Positions 1-8,760 of a stretch of DNA of 64,000 nucleotides are shown in pieces. Origin of the DNA: Nitrospirota bacterium (GTDB lineage: Bacteria; Nitrospirota; 9FT-COMBO-42-15; HDB-SIOI813). Position numbers and translations under genes: made by a program. Under the pieces are notes generated by a model. That model saw only the letters and a program-made list of their open reading frames with translations. It searched no databases and had not been told where the DNA came from. The stretch covers positions 63-64,062 of the forward strand of contig JACRGV010000009.1 in NCBI GenBank assembly GCA_016212215.1, in the 5' to 3' direction. Each line of letters opens with the position of its first letter. The stretch's first letter is position 1.

Positions 1-110
1 CACAAGTCTCAAGAGTATAACCTGATAATAATATGTGTAATATGAGTTACAAAATGCGTAATATTAAGAACTAACATCTTCAAAATTGCGTAATTAAGCT
101 AAGCTAAAGG

Positions 111-126
111 TGGTATGATAATTGCA
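111..126 (+). promoter_or_regulatory. sigma54 (-24/-12) promoter of the envelope-polymer operon
   Basis: TGGTATGATAATTGCA = GG-N10-GC; TGTAA-N6-TTACA palindrome at 36-51 could be the activator site. Confidence 0.6.
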
Positions 127-142
127 GTTAAACATTAAAGGC

Positions 143-1270
143 ATGCCAATACAACAGGTAAAACAGAGATTATTACAGGTTGCTTTTCTGGCAAAGATGG
201 GGTTTCGCCTTATTATCAGAAGACAGCTTACTGTAAAAAAGCTAATAAACCTATTCCAAAACATGTTTTACGGTGCACTGCGAATCCCGCGCACTACCGG
301 ATACCCATCCCTGATACAGGTGGACATTAATAATATCTGTAATCTGAAATGTACAGCCTGCCCGACAGGTTTAAGGGAACAGGCTACGCAAACAGGTCAG
401 ATGAACATATCTTCATTTAAAAATATGATTGATGAGGTAAAGGACCATGTTTTTTTGATTATTCTTTATAATTCCGGTGAACCATTTCTTCATCCGGATG
501 CCTTTGAGCTTATTCAATATGCAGTATCCAACGGAGTAGCTGTAATGACAAGTTCAAACGGGCATCTGATAAATTCTGATGAAAAGGCAGAACGGCTTGT
601 TAAGGCCGGACTTGATACTTTGATTATCTCTGTTTCAGGAACGACTCAGGATATTTATTCAAAGTATCATGTTGGAGGAGAGTGTGACACTGTATTTTCA
701 AATATTAAACGGATTGTTAATGCTAAAAATAGGCTTCACAGCGGAACTCCGAGGATAATTTTAAGGTATCTTGTTTTCGACCACAATTTGAAAGATACGA
801 GTAAAGTTAAGGGGTTGGCTAAGGAGCTGGGCGTTGATCAATACCATTTAAGGTTAGCTTGCAAAGAGCTTAAATTTGCTAACGATTCAGAAACCTCAGC
901 CGAAACAGGTTACACTGTTAATCATGATGATAATGGAAATACAAAAAATAAGAATCACTGTTACTGGCTCTGGATGCTTCCGGTTGTAAACTATGATGGG
1001 AATGTGATCCCATGCTGTCACATTAATCTTTCCCCGCCTGTACTTGGGAATGTCTTTAATGGGAGCTCCCTATCCGAAGTTTGGTCAGGTAAAAAATATT
1101 CAGATTTCAGAAGGAAGATACTGCATGCGAAGAATGATATTAATGCCTGCAGAAATTGTGTATCTTTCCCGGGCTTTCAGGATAAATTTAATGAACAACA
1201 GGAATTTGTTATACAACTTTCCAGATCACGAAAAAGGGAAAAGAAGAATATTGAGACCGCCAAATATTGA
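143..1270 (+). CDS. radical SAM/SPASM domain protein
   Basis: CNLKCTAC (CxxxCxxC), GEPFLHP, C-terminal C..W..VNYDGNVIPCC..LGN..CRNC SPASM/twitch motif; start is ATG 143 or ATG 197 rather than TTG 122. Confidence 0.9.
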   Translation: MPIQQVKQRLLQVAFLAKMGFRLIIRRQLTVKKLINLFQNMFYGALRIPRTTGYPSLIQVDINNICNLKCTACPTGLREQATQTGQMNISSFKNMIDEVKDHVFLIILYNSGEPFLHPDAFELIQYAVSNGVAVMTSSNGHLINSDEKAERLVKAGLDTLIISVSGTTQDIYSKYHVGGECDTVFSNIKRIVNAKNRLHSGTPRIILRYLVFDHNLKDTSKVKGLAKELGVDQYHLRLACKELKFANDSETSAETGYTVNHDDNGNTKNKNHCYWLWMLPVVNYDGNVIPCCHINLSPPVLGNVFNGSSLSEVWSGKKYSDFRRKILHAKNDINACRNCVSFPGFQDKFNEQQEFVIQLSRSRKREKKNIETAKY

Positions 1271-1286
1271 ATATGGAGGTAGTTAA

Positions 1287-3017
1287 TTGAAGATGATGTA
1301 CAGTGGAAAACCTAAGATATTTATAATAGGGATTGATGGAGGTACTTTTGATCTTATTGAGCCGTGGGTAAATGAAGGACTTCTTCCTAATTTTGCAAGA
1401 TTGATGAAAGAAGGCTATTGGGGAAATCTTGAATCCACAATGCCCCCGATAACTGCCCCTGCATGGACATCCTTTATGACAGGTAAAAATCCGGGCAAGC
1501 ATGGACTGTTCCATTTTATAGAACCCGAGCCTGGACGTTATGAGATGCGGTACACAAATGCACTTTCAAGAAGGGCAAAAACATTATGGGCGATTCTCAA
1601 TGAAGCGGGTTTGAGTACAGGTGTGTTTAATGTACCTATGACATATCCGCCTGAGAAGTTGAATGGTTACTGTATTTCCGGATTGGATGCACCGGAAGAA
1701 AGCAGCAGGATATTTTATCCGGAATCATTGTATAAAGAGTTACAAAAAACATTTAACCGCAAAAAACTCGGTTTTCTTGGTGTTCAGTTTTTGGGTGAAA
1801 CAAGGTCCGACAACAAGCGTGATCAGTTTATCAAACGTTCTATGGAGGTTGAGGACTTTAAGACAGATATGATACTCCACTTAATGGAGACACACCCTAC
1901 GGATGTTGTTATGATGGTATTTCGTGCAACTGATCATTTTCAGCATCTGTTTTGGCATTTTATGGATCCTGCTCACCCGCGTTTTGACGCTGTTGGAGCA
2001 ATAAAATATAACAATGCAATACTTAAAATTTATCAGAATGTGGATATGAATATACAACGAATATTATCTTCTCTTTCAGATGATACATCTGTTGTCATGC
2101 TGTCAGATCATGGGGCAGGTGCAACGCCGCAGCGTGTTTTTTATGTTAATAGATTCCTGCAGGAAATAGGAATGCTTCATCTCAAGGGCGGCAATAATAG
2201 AGATGCCGGTTTAATTAATTATGGTGTTAAAAAAATGGATAAGGTTCTTCGAACTTTTCTACCTTCAGATACAAAGGCAACGCTTGTGAATAATTTCCCT
2301 ACTCTGAGGAGGAAATGGGAAGAACGTTCTACTCTTTTTTCTTCTATAGACTGGTCAAAGACAAGGGCATATTGTCATGAAGTGTTAACCAACCCTTCGA
2401 ATATTTGTATAAATGTAAAAGGAAAGATGCCTGAGGGTATTGTAAATCCTGGGAAAGAATACAAAGAAATAATTGAAAATATACGTGAACAACTCTACTC
2501 TCTGAAAGAGCCAAGGAGCAATGAACAGGTTATAAAAAAGGTTTATACAAAAGAAGAACTCTACAATGGCCCTTATTTAGAAGAAGCTCCTGATCTTACT
2601 CTTGCATGGTGGGAGGAAAATTCCTTTGTAGGGAGACCAAGTTTCGGAGTAACTTGCAAAGGTTCAGTGGATTATGTGGAGGATAAAATATCCACTGGAA
2701 CTGAGTGGAGCGGCACCCACAAGATGAATGGGGTATTTCTTCTAAAAGGACCTGGATTTAAAAAAGATACAGGCAAATATAACGCAAGTATTATGGACCT
2801 GACTCCAACACTTTTATATAGAATGGGTGTTCCGGTACCGAGAGATATGGACGGCAGGGTCTTAAAAGAGGCTTTCACAGATGATTTTATATCGTCCAAT
2901 CCGGTTAAATACTCAGATAACAGCGGTTCTCAGTTTGAACAACAGGAAGTGACTTATGAAGATGATGAGGCTGAGATGGTGAAAGCCAGGCTCAGAGACC
3001 TTGGATATGTGCAGTAA
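1287..3017 (+). CDS. alkaline phosphatase superfamily, type I phosphodiesterase/nucleotide pyrophosphatase
   Basis: IGIDGG, PPITAPAWTSFMTGKNPGKHG, SDHG, GTH, D.TPT, C-terminal RLRDLGY. Confidence 0.9.
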   Translation: MKMMYSGKPKIFIIGIDGGTFDLIEPWVNEGLLPNFARLMKEGYWGNLESTMPPITAPAWTSFMTGKNPGKHGLFHFIEPEPGRYEMRYTNALSRRAKTLWAILNEAGLSTGVFNVPMTYPPEKLNGYCISGLDAPEESSRIFYPESLYKELQKTFNRKKLGFLGVQFLGETRSDNKRDQFIKRSMEVEDFKTDMILHLMETHPTDVVMMVFRATDHFQHLFWHFMDPAHPRFDAVGAIKYNNAILKIYQNVDMNIQRILSSLSDDTSVVMLSDHGAGATPQRVFYVNRFLQEIGMLHLKGGNNRDAGLINYGVKKMDKVLRTFLPSDTKATLVNNFPTLRRKWEERSTLFSSIDWSKTRAYCHEVLTNPSNICINVKGKMPEGIVNPGKEYKEIIENIREQLYSLKEPRSNEQVIKKVYTKEELYNGPYLEEAPDLTLAWWEENSFVGRPSFGVTCKGSVDYVEDKISTGTEWSGTHKMNGVFLLKGPGFKKDTGKYNASIMDLTPTLLYRMGVPVPRDMDGRVLKEAFTDDFISSNPVKYSDNSGSQFEQQEVTYEDDEAEMVKARLRDLGYVQ

Positions 3018-3047
3018 AATTGTGTAGAGACAGGGTACATGGTTTTA

Positions 3048-3109
3048 TTCCCCCTCCCTTGACTGGAGGGGGTTAGGGGGAGGGTGAGCTATGGAGATTT
3101 TCGGATGAA
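3048..3109 (+). repeat. palindromic REP-like repeat, family B (CCCCCTCCCTTGACGGGAGGGGGTTAGGGGGAGGGTGAGCTA)
   Basis: near-identical copies at ~36858, 45668, 47031, 51977, 56991; this copy ends in TTTTCGGATGAA, overlapping the next ATG. Confidence 0.9.
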
Positions 3110-4811
3110 TAAGTTACTAATCATTGGCCTTGATGGCGGTACATTCGATTTAATAAAGCCCTGGGCAGGGAATGGGAAACTTCCCAATCTTTCGAGATTA
3201 TTAAATGAAGGCGTACATGCAAGGTTGAACAGCACTATCCCTCCGATGACATTTCCTGCATGGAATACATTTATGACAGGAAAGAATCCCGGGAAACATG
3301 GTGTTTATGATTTTACAGAGCGTAAACAGGGGAGCTATGAGGTACAGTTTGTAAATGGAGGGATGAGAAGAAGCAAGACCATCTGGCAGATTATGAATGA
3401 AGCAGGTAAGAATGTCGGTATAATGGCAGTACCTGCAACTTATCCGCCGGAAGAGGTCAAACATTTTATGATCAGCGGGTTTGATACTCCTGGTATGACA
3501 TCCCCTAAAGGCAAAGCCACATCAATGTATCCTCAGGAACTATTTGAGGAGTTAAACAAAGAGGTTGGGGAATATGTTGTTACATCAAATGTTCACGGAG
3601 ATATTGCAAAGGGTAACCTGGATATTGCAGAACAAAAAATCCTTGCAACAATTGAGAGAAAGGCGGCAAATGCCAAATATCTTTATAAGAAATATCAGCC
3701 CAACTGTTTCATGATTGTTTTTGGTGAGACAGATTTAGTGAGCCACAGTTTCTGGCATTTCTATGACCCTCGTTCTCCTCTTCATAATAAAGGTGAAGGT
3801 AGAAAATACAAGGATACTATACTTCATATTTATGAGAAGGTGGATGAAAAGATCGGCGAACTCTTATCCATGTCTTCAAAAGATACCGTGGTTATGATTA
3901 TGTCGGACCATGGATTTGGAGGGAGCGGGAATAAGGCAGTTTATCTTAACAATTGGCTGGCAGAAAATGGATTACTTGCTTTCAGGGATACGTCTTATTC
4001 ATCAATGAAAAATGACCTGCTTCAGGGGGTTAAACGTGCAGGGATAAAGTTCGTTCCGGCCAAATTAAAGGGGATATTGATGCGCAGTAACTCAGTAAAA
4101 TTTGTCAACAAGCTCGAATCCTCTTTAAGATTTTCACAAATAGAATGGTCCGGGACAATGGCATTTTCAGAAGAGACCCCTCATTTTCCTTCAATATGGG
4201 TAAATGTGAGAGGAAGGGACCCTGAAGGGATAGTAGCGCCGGGTGCAGAATATGAGAAAGTAAGAGATGAGATTATTCAGAAACTTTATAGTTTTAAAGA
4301 TCCGTATACATGTCAGCCTGTAGTCAATAAGGCATATCGCAGGGAAGAGGTTTATAAAGGGAATTATACTCAAAAGTCCCCGGATATTGTGATTGATTGG
4401 GCACTGACTGAAGGCTATACCTATCTCAGTGAACAGAGTAAGCCGAACAAGTTCAATGAATCTATAAGAAAACTAAGCCCATCGGAAGTTCATACTGCGA
4501 GGTTCGGGAGCCACCGTCAGCATGGCATCTTTATACTGCACGGAGGTCCGATTAAAAGAAACTTAGAGATTACAAATGCTAATATTGCAGACCTTGCCCC
4601 CACTGCCCTCTATTTACTTGACATCCCTGTGCCTGATGATATGGATGGGGTTGTCCTGAAGGATGCCATCAAAAAGGATTATATAACAGATCATCCATTG
4701 AAAATTGTAAACAACACCGGCGATTCTAACATTGAAAAAGATCCTGCAGGATATTCACAGGATGAAGAAGATGCAGTCAGGGATCGTCTTGCTGATATGG
4801 GTTACATATAA
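3105..4811 (+). CDS. second AlkP-family phosphodiesterase (tandem paralog)
   Basis: IGLDGG, PPMTFPAWNTFMTGKNPGKHG, SDHGFG, RLADMGY; ATG 3105 preferred because 3084 lies inside the repeat. Confidence 0.9.
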   Translation: MNKLLIIGLDGGTFDLIKPWAGNGKLPNLSRLLNEGVHARLNSTIPPMTFPAWNTFMTGKNPGKHGVYDFTERKQGSYEVQFVNGGMRRSKTIWQIMNEAGKNVGIMAVPATYPPEEVKHFMISGFDTPGMTSPKGKATSMYPQELFEELNKEVGEYVVTSNVHGDIAKGNLDIAEQKILATIERKAANAKYLYKKYQPNCFMIVFGETDLVSHSFWHFYDPRSPLHNKGEGRKYKDTILHIYEKVDEKIGELLSMSSKDTVVMIMSDHGFGGSGNKAVYLNNWLAENGLLAFRDTSYSSMKNDLLQGVKRAGIKFVPAKLKGILMRSNSVKFVNKLESSLRFSQIEWSGTMAFSEETPHFPSIWVNVRGRDPEGIVAPGAEYEKVRDEIIQKLYSFKDPYTCQPVVNKAYRREEVYKGNYTQKSPDIVIDWALTEGYTYLSEQSKPNKFNESIRKLSPSEVHTARFGSHRQHGIFILHGGPIKRNLEITNANIADLAPTALYLLDIPVPDDMDGVVLKDAIKKDYITDHPLKIVNNTGDSNIEKDPAGYSQDEEDAVRDRLADMGYI

Positions 4812-4916
4812 AAATGAGGTCTGCTGAGTGCATGGTGAAGTGGAAAAAGTCATAAAGGCCGTCCGATTAAACCCTCAAATCCTTGTTCACTTGAATATTA
4901 TTAAAGAGGTGCTCTA

Positions 4917-6269
4917 ATGAAGAATGGTCTCTCAGTTGCTATGGTTGTTGCATCCCCTTTTCCTGCCAATCATGGTACCCCCGGCAGTATAAAAGAGATG
5001 GTGGATGCCCTAATGAAACTTGGACATAATATCCATCTTGTCACATATCATCAGGGTGAAAAGGATATTAATATTGATGGAGTGAATATCCACCGGATAC
5101 CATTTCCAGGATTCAGCAGAAATATAAAGGTAGGGCCTACTTTTGATAAACCATTCCTTGATATTTTACTTGCCCATAAACTTTTACAGGTGGTCAGGAG
5201 CGAGAATATAGACCTGGTACATGCACATAATTATGAAGGACTTCTTTCTGCTGTTGTTGCAAGACCGTTTATTAAGAAACCGGTAATTTACCATGCTATT
5301 AATACAATGAGCGATGAATTGCCGTCCTACAATTTTATCCGCCCTAAGGTACTGGCTGTGGCACTTGCAAGGATGCTTGATAAAAGTGTTCCGGTCAGGG
5401 CAGATCATCTGATTGCTATCTCTTCAGAGTTAAAGGATTTCCTGGTTAACGAAGGTGTGCGTAAAGAGAAGATTAGCAGAATACCGCTCGGTGTTAACGG
5501 CGGAATATTCCTTAGGGGTAACAGACAGCAGATCAGAGATATGTACGGCATCGGCAGCAGGCCTCTCGTACTCTATACAGGACTGCTTAACTCATTTCAA
5601 CGGCTTGATTACCTTGTGATTGCTATGAAACGTGTTGTTTCTCAGATTCCTGACGCTCTCCTGATGATTGTCCCGAATCTTCTTAATGGAAAGGAGTTGC
5701 AGGTACTAAACGATTTAATAGACCGGAACGGACTGGGAAAAAATGTTATAATTACTGACCGTGTCTCTTTCACAGAAATACCTGATTATCTTGCAGCAGC
5801 AGATGTTACAGCATTGCCGAGGCCTAATACACCCGGTTTTCCTGTAAAATTGCTGAATTATATGGCCGCAGGAAAAGCCATTGTATGTTTTACCGGTTCA
5901 GCAAAAGGATTAATAAACAGGGAGAGCGCCATAGTAGTAGATGACCACGATAGTAATGCTTTTGGAGAAGGGATTACTATCCTGCTGAAGGATAATGAAC
6001 TTCGCGAGTATGTAGCACGGGGGGCGAGAGCACTCTTTTTCCGTGAATTTGACTGGAAAAATGTGGCAAAAAAGATTGACGGATTATATAATTATGTACT
6101 CACAAAGAAGGTTCCTGTAGACTTAAAAGATGCTATAAGCTATTATGACAGGAGAGATAATGGGCATAATGGTGAATCCAACATTACCCAAAATAGAAAC
6201 GGCGACAGGAGAAAGTATCTTAAAAATATTGATTTTCCTGAACGGAGGAGGATAATACTTTTTGATTAA
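4917..6269 (+). CDS. glycosyltransferase family 4 (GT-B)
   Basis: DLVHAHN, YLAAADV, FPVKLLNYMAAGKAIV; Arg-rich C-terminal tail. Confidence 0.9.
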   Translation: MKNGLSVAMVVASPFPANHGTPGSIKEMVDALMKLGHNIHLVTYHQGEKDINIDGVNIHRIPFPGFSRNIKVGPTFDKPFLDILLAHKLLQVVRSENIDLVHAHNYEGLLSAVVARPFIKKPVIYHAINTMSDELPSYNFIRPKVLAVALARMLDKSVPVRADHLIAISSELKDFLVNEGVRKEKISRIPLGVNGGIFLRGNRQQIRDMYGIGSRPLVLYTGLLNSFQRLDYLVIAMKRVVSQIPDALLMIVPNLLNGKELQVLNDLIDRNGLGKNVIITDRVSFTEIPDYLAAADVTALPRPNTPGFPVKLLNYMAAGKAIVCFTGSAKGLINRESAIVVDDHDSNAFGEGITILLKDNELREYVARGARALFFREFDWKNVAKKIDGLYNYVLTKKVPVDLKDAISYYDRRDNGHNGESNITQNRNGDRRKYLKNIDFPERRRIILFD

Positions 6270-6283
6270 TCTGAGGTGTATTA

Positions 6284-7420
6284 ATGCGCAGTAAATGGTG
6301 GATTGCCGGAGGGATATTTGTTGCGGCAATACTTTTAATTTTATTTGTTATAATCCCTGTAGGTAAACGTAAGATTACAACTGATCCAAAGATGTCCAGA
6401 ACGGTGCTTGGAAAGGTCCCTGTTGAGGTCGTTTCTGTTAAAGATTATAATATTGAGGATATAATCGGTGCAAGCGGTGAGATCAGGGAAATATCTACCA
6501 TACATCTTTCTTCAAAGGTTTCTGCAAGGGTAAGAGGCGTATATGTAGACCTCGGAAGTATGGTAAAGACAGATCAGGTACTCCTTGATTTTGACACTAC
6601 TCTTATAGAAGCAGGTCTTTTAAGCGCAAGAGATTTCGTAGGTAAGACTAAAATGGATCTTGATAACAAAAAGACCTTTCTTAGCAGAATCAGGGCATTA
6701 TATGAAAAAGGTATTGTGGCGCTTGCGGAACTGGAGAGTGCAGAAAGTGATTATAAAGATGCTATTTACAATCATAGTGATGCACTATTTAAACTGCAGA
6801 AAGCTGAATCAGACCGCAGTAATGCAAAAGTAACTGCACCTGTGGCAGGTGTCATTATGGAACGTGCAATTAATCCTGGTGAAGTACCTGCTGCTAATCA
6901 AAGCCTTTTTACCATTGGACGTATTGACAATGTATTATTGGCTGCCAGGGTTTCACAGGACCGTGTAGGTGACATTTATAATGGACAGGAGGCAGAGGTC
7001 ACATTTGATGCTTATCCTAATTTGATTTTAAAGGGGGTAATTGTAAAGATAGATCCTATGAGTGATTCCAAGACCAGGACATTTTCAGCCTTTGTAAAAT
7101 TGAATAACCCGGGTCTTAAGTTAAAGCCGGGGCTGAGCGGTTTTGCAAGGATTAAGAAATCCATTAAAGGACTCGCTATACCGAGTATTGCTATTATTGC
7201 GCCTGTCGGTTCAGGAGAGGCAACAGTTTTTGTTGTAGATAAAGAATATGTTGTACATCTTAAAAGGGTAAGTCCCGGCGTTAGTTCCAATGGTATGACA
7301 GAGATACTCGGCGGTCTGCAAACAGGAGATACAGTTGTAACAGTTGGACAGCTTAATCTCAGAGATGGAGACAAGGTATCGCTGGATACAAAAAAAACAC
7401 TTTCAATAAGTCGAAAATGA
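6284..7420 (+). CDS. efflux RND/HlyD-family periplasmic adaptor (MFP)
   Basis: N-terminal TM, lipoyl half-motifs (V.G.MVK, APVAGVI), LKPG, GL..GD.VV. Confidence 0.9.
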   Translation: MRSKWWIAGGIFVAAILLILFVIIPVGKRKITTDPKMSRTVLGKVPVEVVSVKDYNIEDIIGASGEIREISTIHLSSKVSARVRGVYVDLGSMVKTDQVLLDFDTTLIEAGLLSARDFVGKTKMDLDNKKTFLSRIRALYEKGIVALAELESAESDYKDAIYNHSDALFKLQKAESDRSNAKVTAPVAGVIMERAINPGEVPAANQSLFTIGRIDNVLLAARVSQDRVGDIYNGQEAEVTFDAYPNLILKGVIVKIDPMSDSKTRTFSAFVKLNNPGLKLKPGLSGFARIKKSIKGLAIPSIAIIAPVGSGEATVFVVDKEYVVHLKRVSPGVSSNGMTEILGGLQTGDTVVTVGQLNLRDGDKVSLDTKKTLSISRK

Positions 7421-8751
7421 GATTCCTGAAGATAATAATTTTCTTCTTAATCCTCTTTCATTCCTCTTATGCCTTCCCGATTACATGTAATATTGAAGGT
7501 TATATAGAATTTGCACTTGAACATAATCCACAACTCAGGATAGAAAAGACAAGGGAGCATTATGCTGAGGGAGATTATGCTATACATGAGGCAGAGCAGA
7601 GACTTAGACTGAACTGGAAAGGAGAATTAGGGTATCTCAATGGTAAGCCTCCTTCCCCTTATTCACTGGTATCAGGCAGAACAGAAGATTCAATTAAAGT
7701 CAACGGTACGGATGGGTCATATTATAATACCGGTATTAGTTTAAACTTACCTCTTTATCAAAACGGGACATGGCTCGGTAAGGAATCTCCCTTAATCTCC
7801 GGCGCAAAATACAGGGTCGAAGAGTCTAAATATAAATACAATGTCATGGAAGAAGATATCCTCTATCGTGTAACAGGGCTTTACTATTCTGCCCTGAAGA
7901 TTATGGAAGATATAAAAGTACAGGAGCTTCGCGATAAGGAATATGAAAGAGAATATAAGGCTAGGGAGGCAAGATTGCAGTTAGGCTTAATCACTCAAAG
8001 TGAGTTGTTTGATCTTGAGAGCAAATGGGTTGCAGCGGACCATGACCTCTTTCGTTCACGTCAGGCATTATCACTTCTGAAAAAAGAGCTTGCTTCTGTC
8101 ATAGGTATTGATATGAATGAAGAAGTCATAATTGAACCGCCGTCAGATCTTATTCCTGACAGACCATCTCTGGAATCTCTGATAACTATTTCAGCAGAAA
8201 ATCATCCGGCTATAAAATCTGTCCGGAGCTTTATTAAGCAAATAGAATCCGAGCTTGATCTTGTGAGAAAAGCAAAACAGCCGGTGCTTGATTTAAATAT
8301 GTCTTACTCTCTTGGAGATGACTTTGGCCCGCCTATACATACCTACTGGACTACCTCGCTCAATGCAAGTGTGCCGCTCTTTGATTCCGGGTTAACAAGG
8401 GCAAAAGAGATGTCAGTGCAGTCAAAACTTAATGAAGCTCAGTTATTGTTACTACAACTCAGCAGGGAGACGATTCTTAATATCAACCGTCTGTATGGGA
8501 ATATACTTGAAGTAGAAGACCGCATTTCCTATCTGGAAAAGGATATTGTTGTCGCAAGGCAGTCTCTTACACTTACTCAGGAAAGGGTTAAGGAACATCT
8601 TTCTCCTGAAAGCATAGTTCATGAGGCTGAACTCACTCTGGCAGAGAAAGAGAAACTCCTTGTTCAGGCACGATATGACTGGAGAATTGCCTTCAGTGAG
8701 TTAAGGAAAGAGGTTGGAGGTATGACAGCACCGGCCCGGTATAAGGAATAG
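7417..8751 (+). CDS. TolC-family outer membrane efflux protein
   Basis: signal peptide, AL.HNP, two OEP repeats ending LPLYQNG and VPLFDSG. Confidence 0.85.
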   Translation: MRFLKIIIFFLILFHSSYAFPITCNIEGYIEFALEHNPQLRIEKTREHYAEGDYAIHEAEQRLRLNWKGELGYLNGKPPSPYSLVSGRTEDSIKVNGTDGSYYNTGISLNLPLYQNGTWLGKESPLISGAKYRVEESKYKYNVMEEDILYRVTGLYYSALKIMEDIKVQELRDKEYEREYKAREARLQLGLITQSELFDLESKWVAADHDLFRSRQALSLLKKELASVIGIDMNEEVIIEPPSDLIPDRPSLESLITISAENHPAIKSVRSFIKQIESELDLVRKAKQPVLDLNMSYSLGDDFGPPIHTYWTTSLNASVPLFDSGLTRAKEMSVQSKLNEAQLLLLQLSRETILNINRLYGNILEVEDRISYLEKDIVVARQSLTLTQERVKEHLSPESIVHEAELTLAEKEKLLVQARYDWRIAFSELRKEVGGMTAPARYKE

Positions 8752-8760
8752 TAATAATAT

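Noticed and set aside
122..1270. RiPP cluster around the rSAM/SPASM gene
   Set aside because: No precursor peptide or PqqD/RRE domain is visible, and the context is glycan-related.
3084..3104. MSYG.. N-termini at 3084, 47067 and 56964
   Set aside because: The GTG/TTG starts lie inside the family B repeat; downstream starts fit better.
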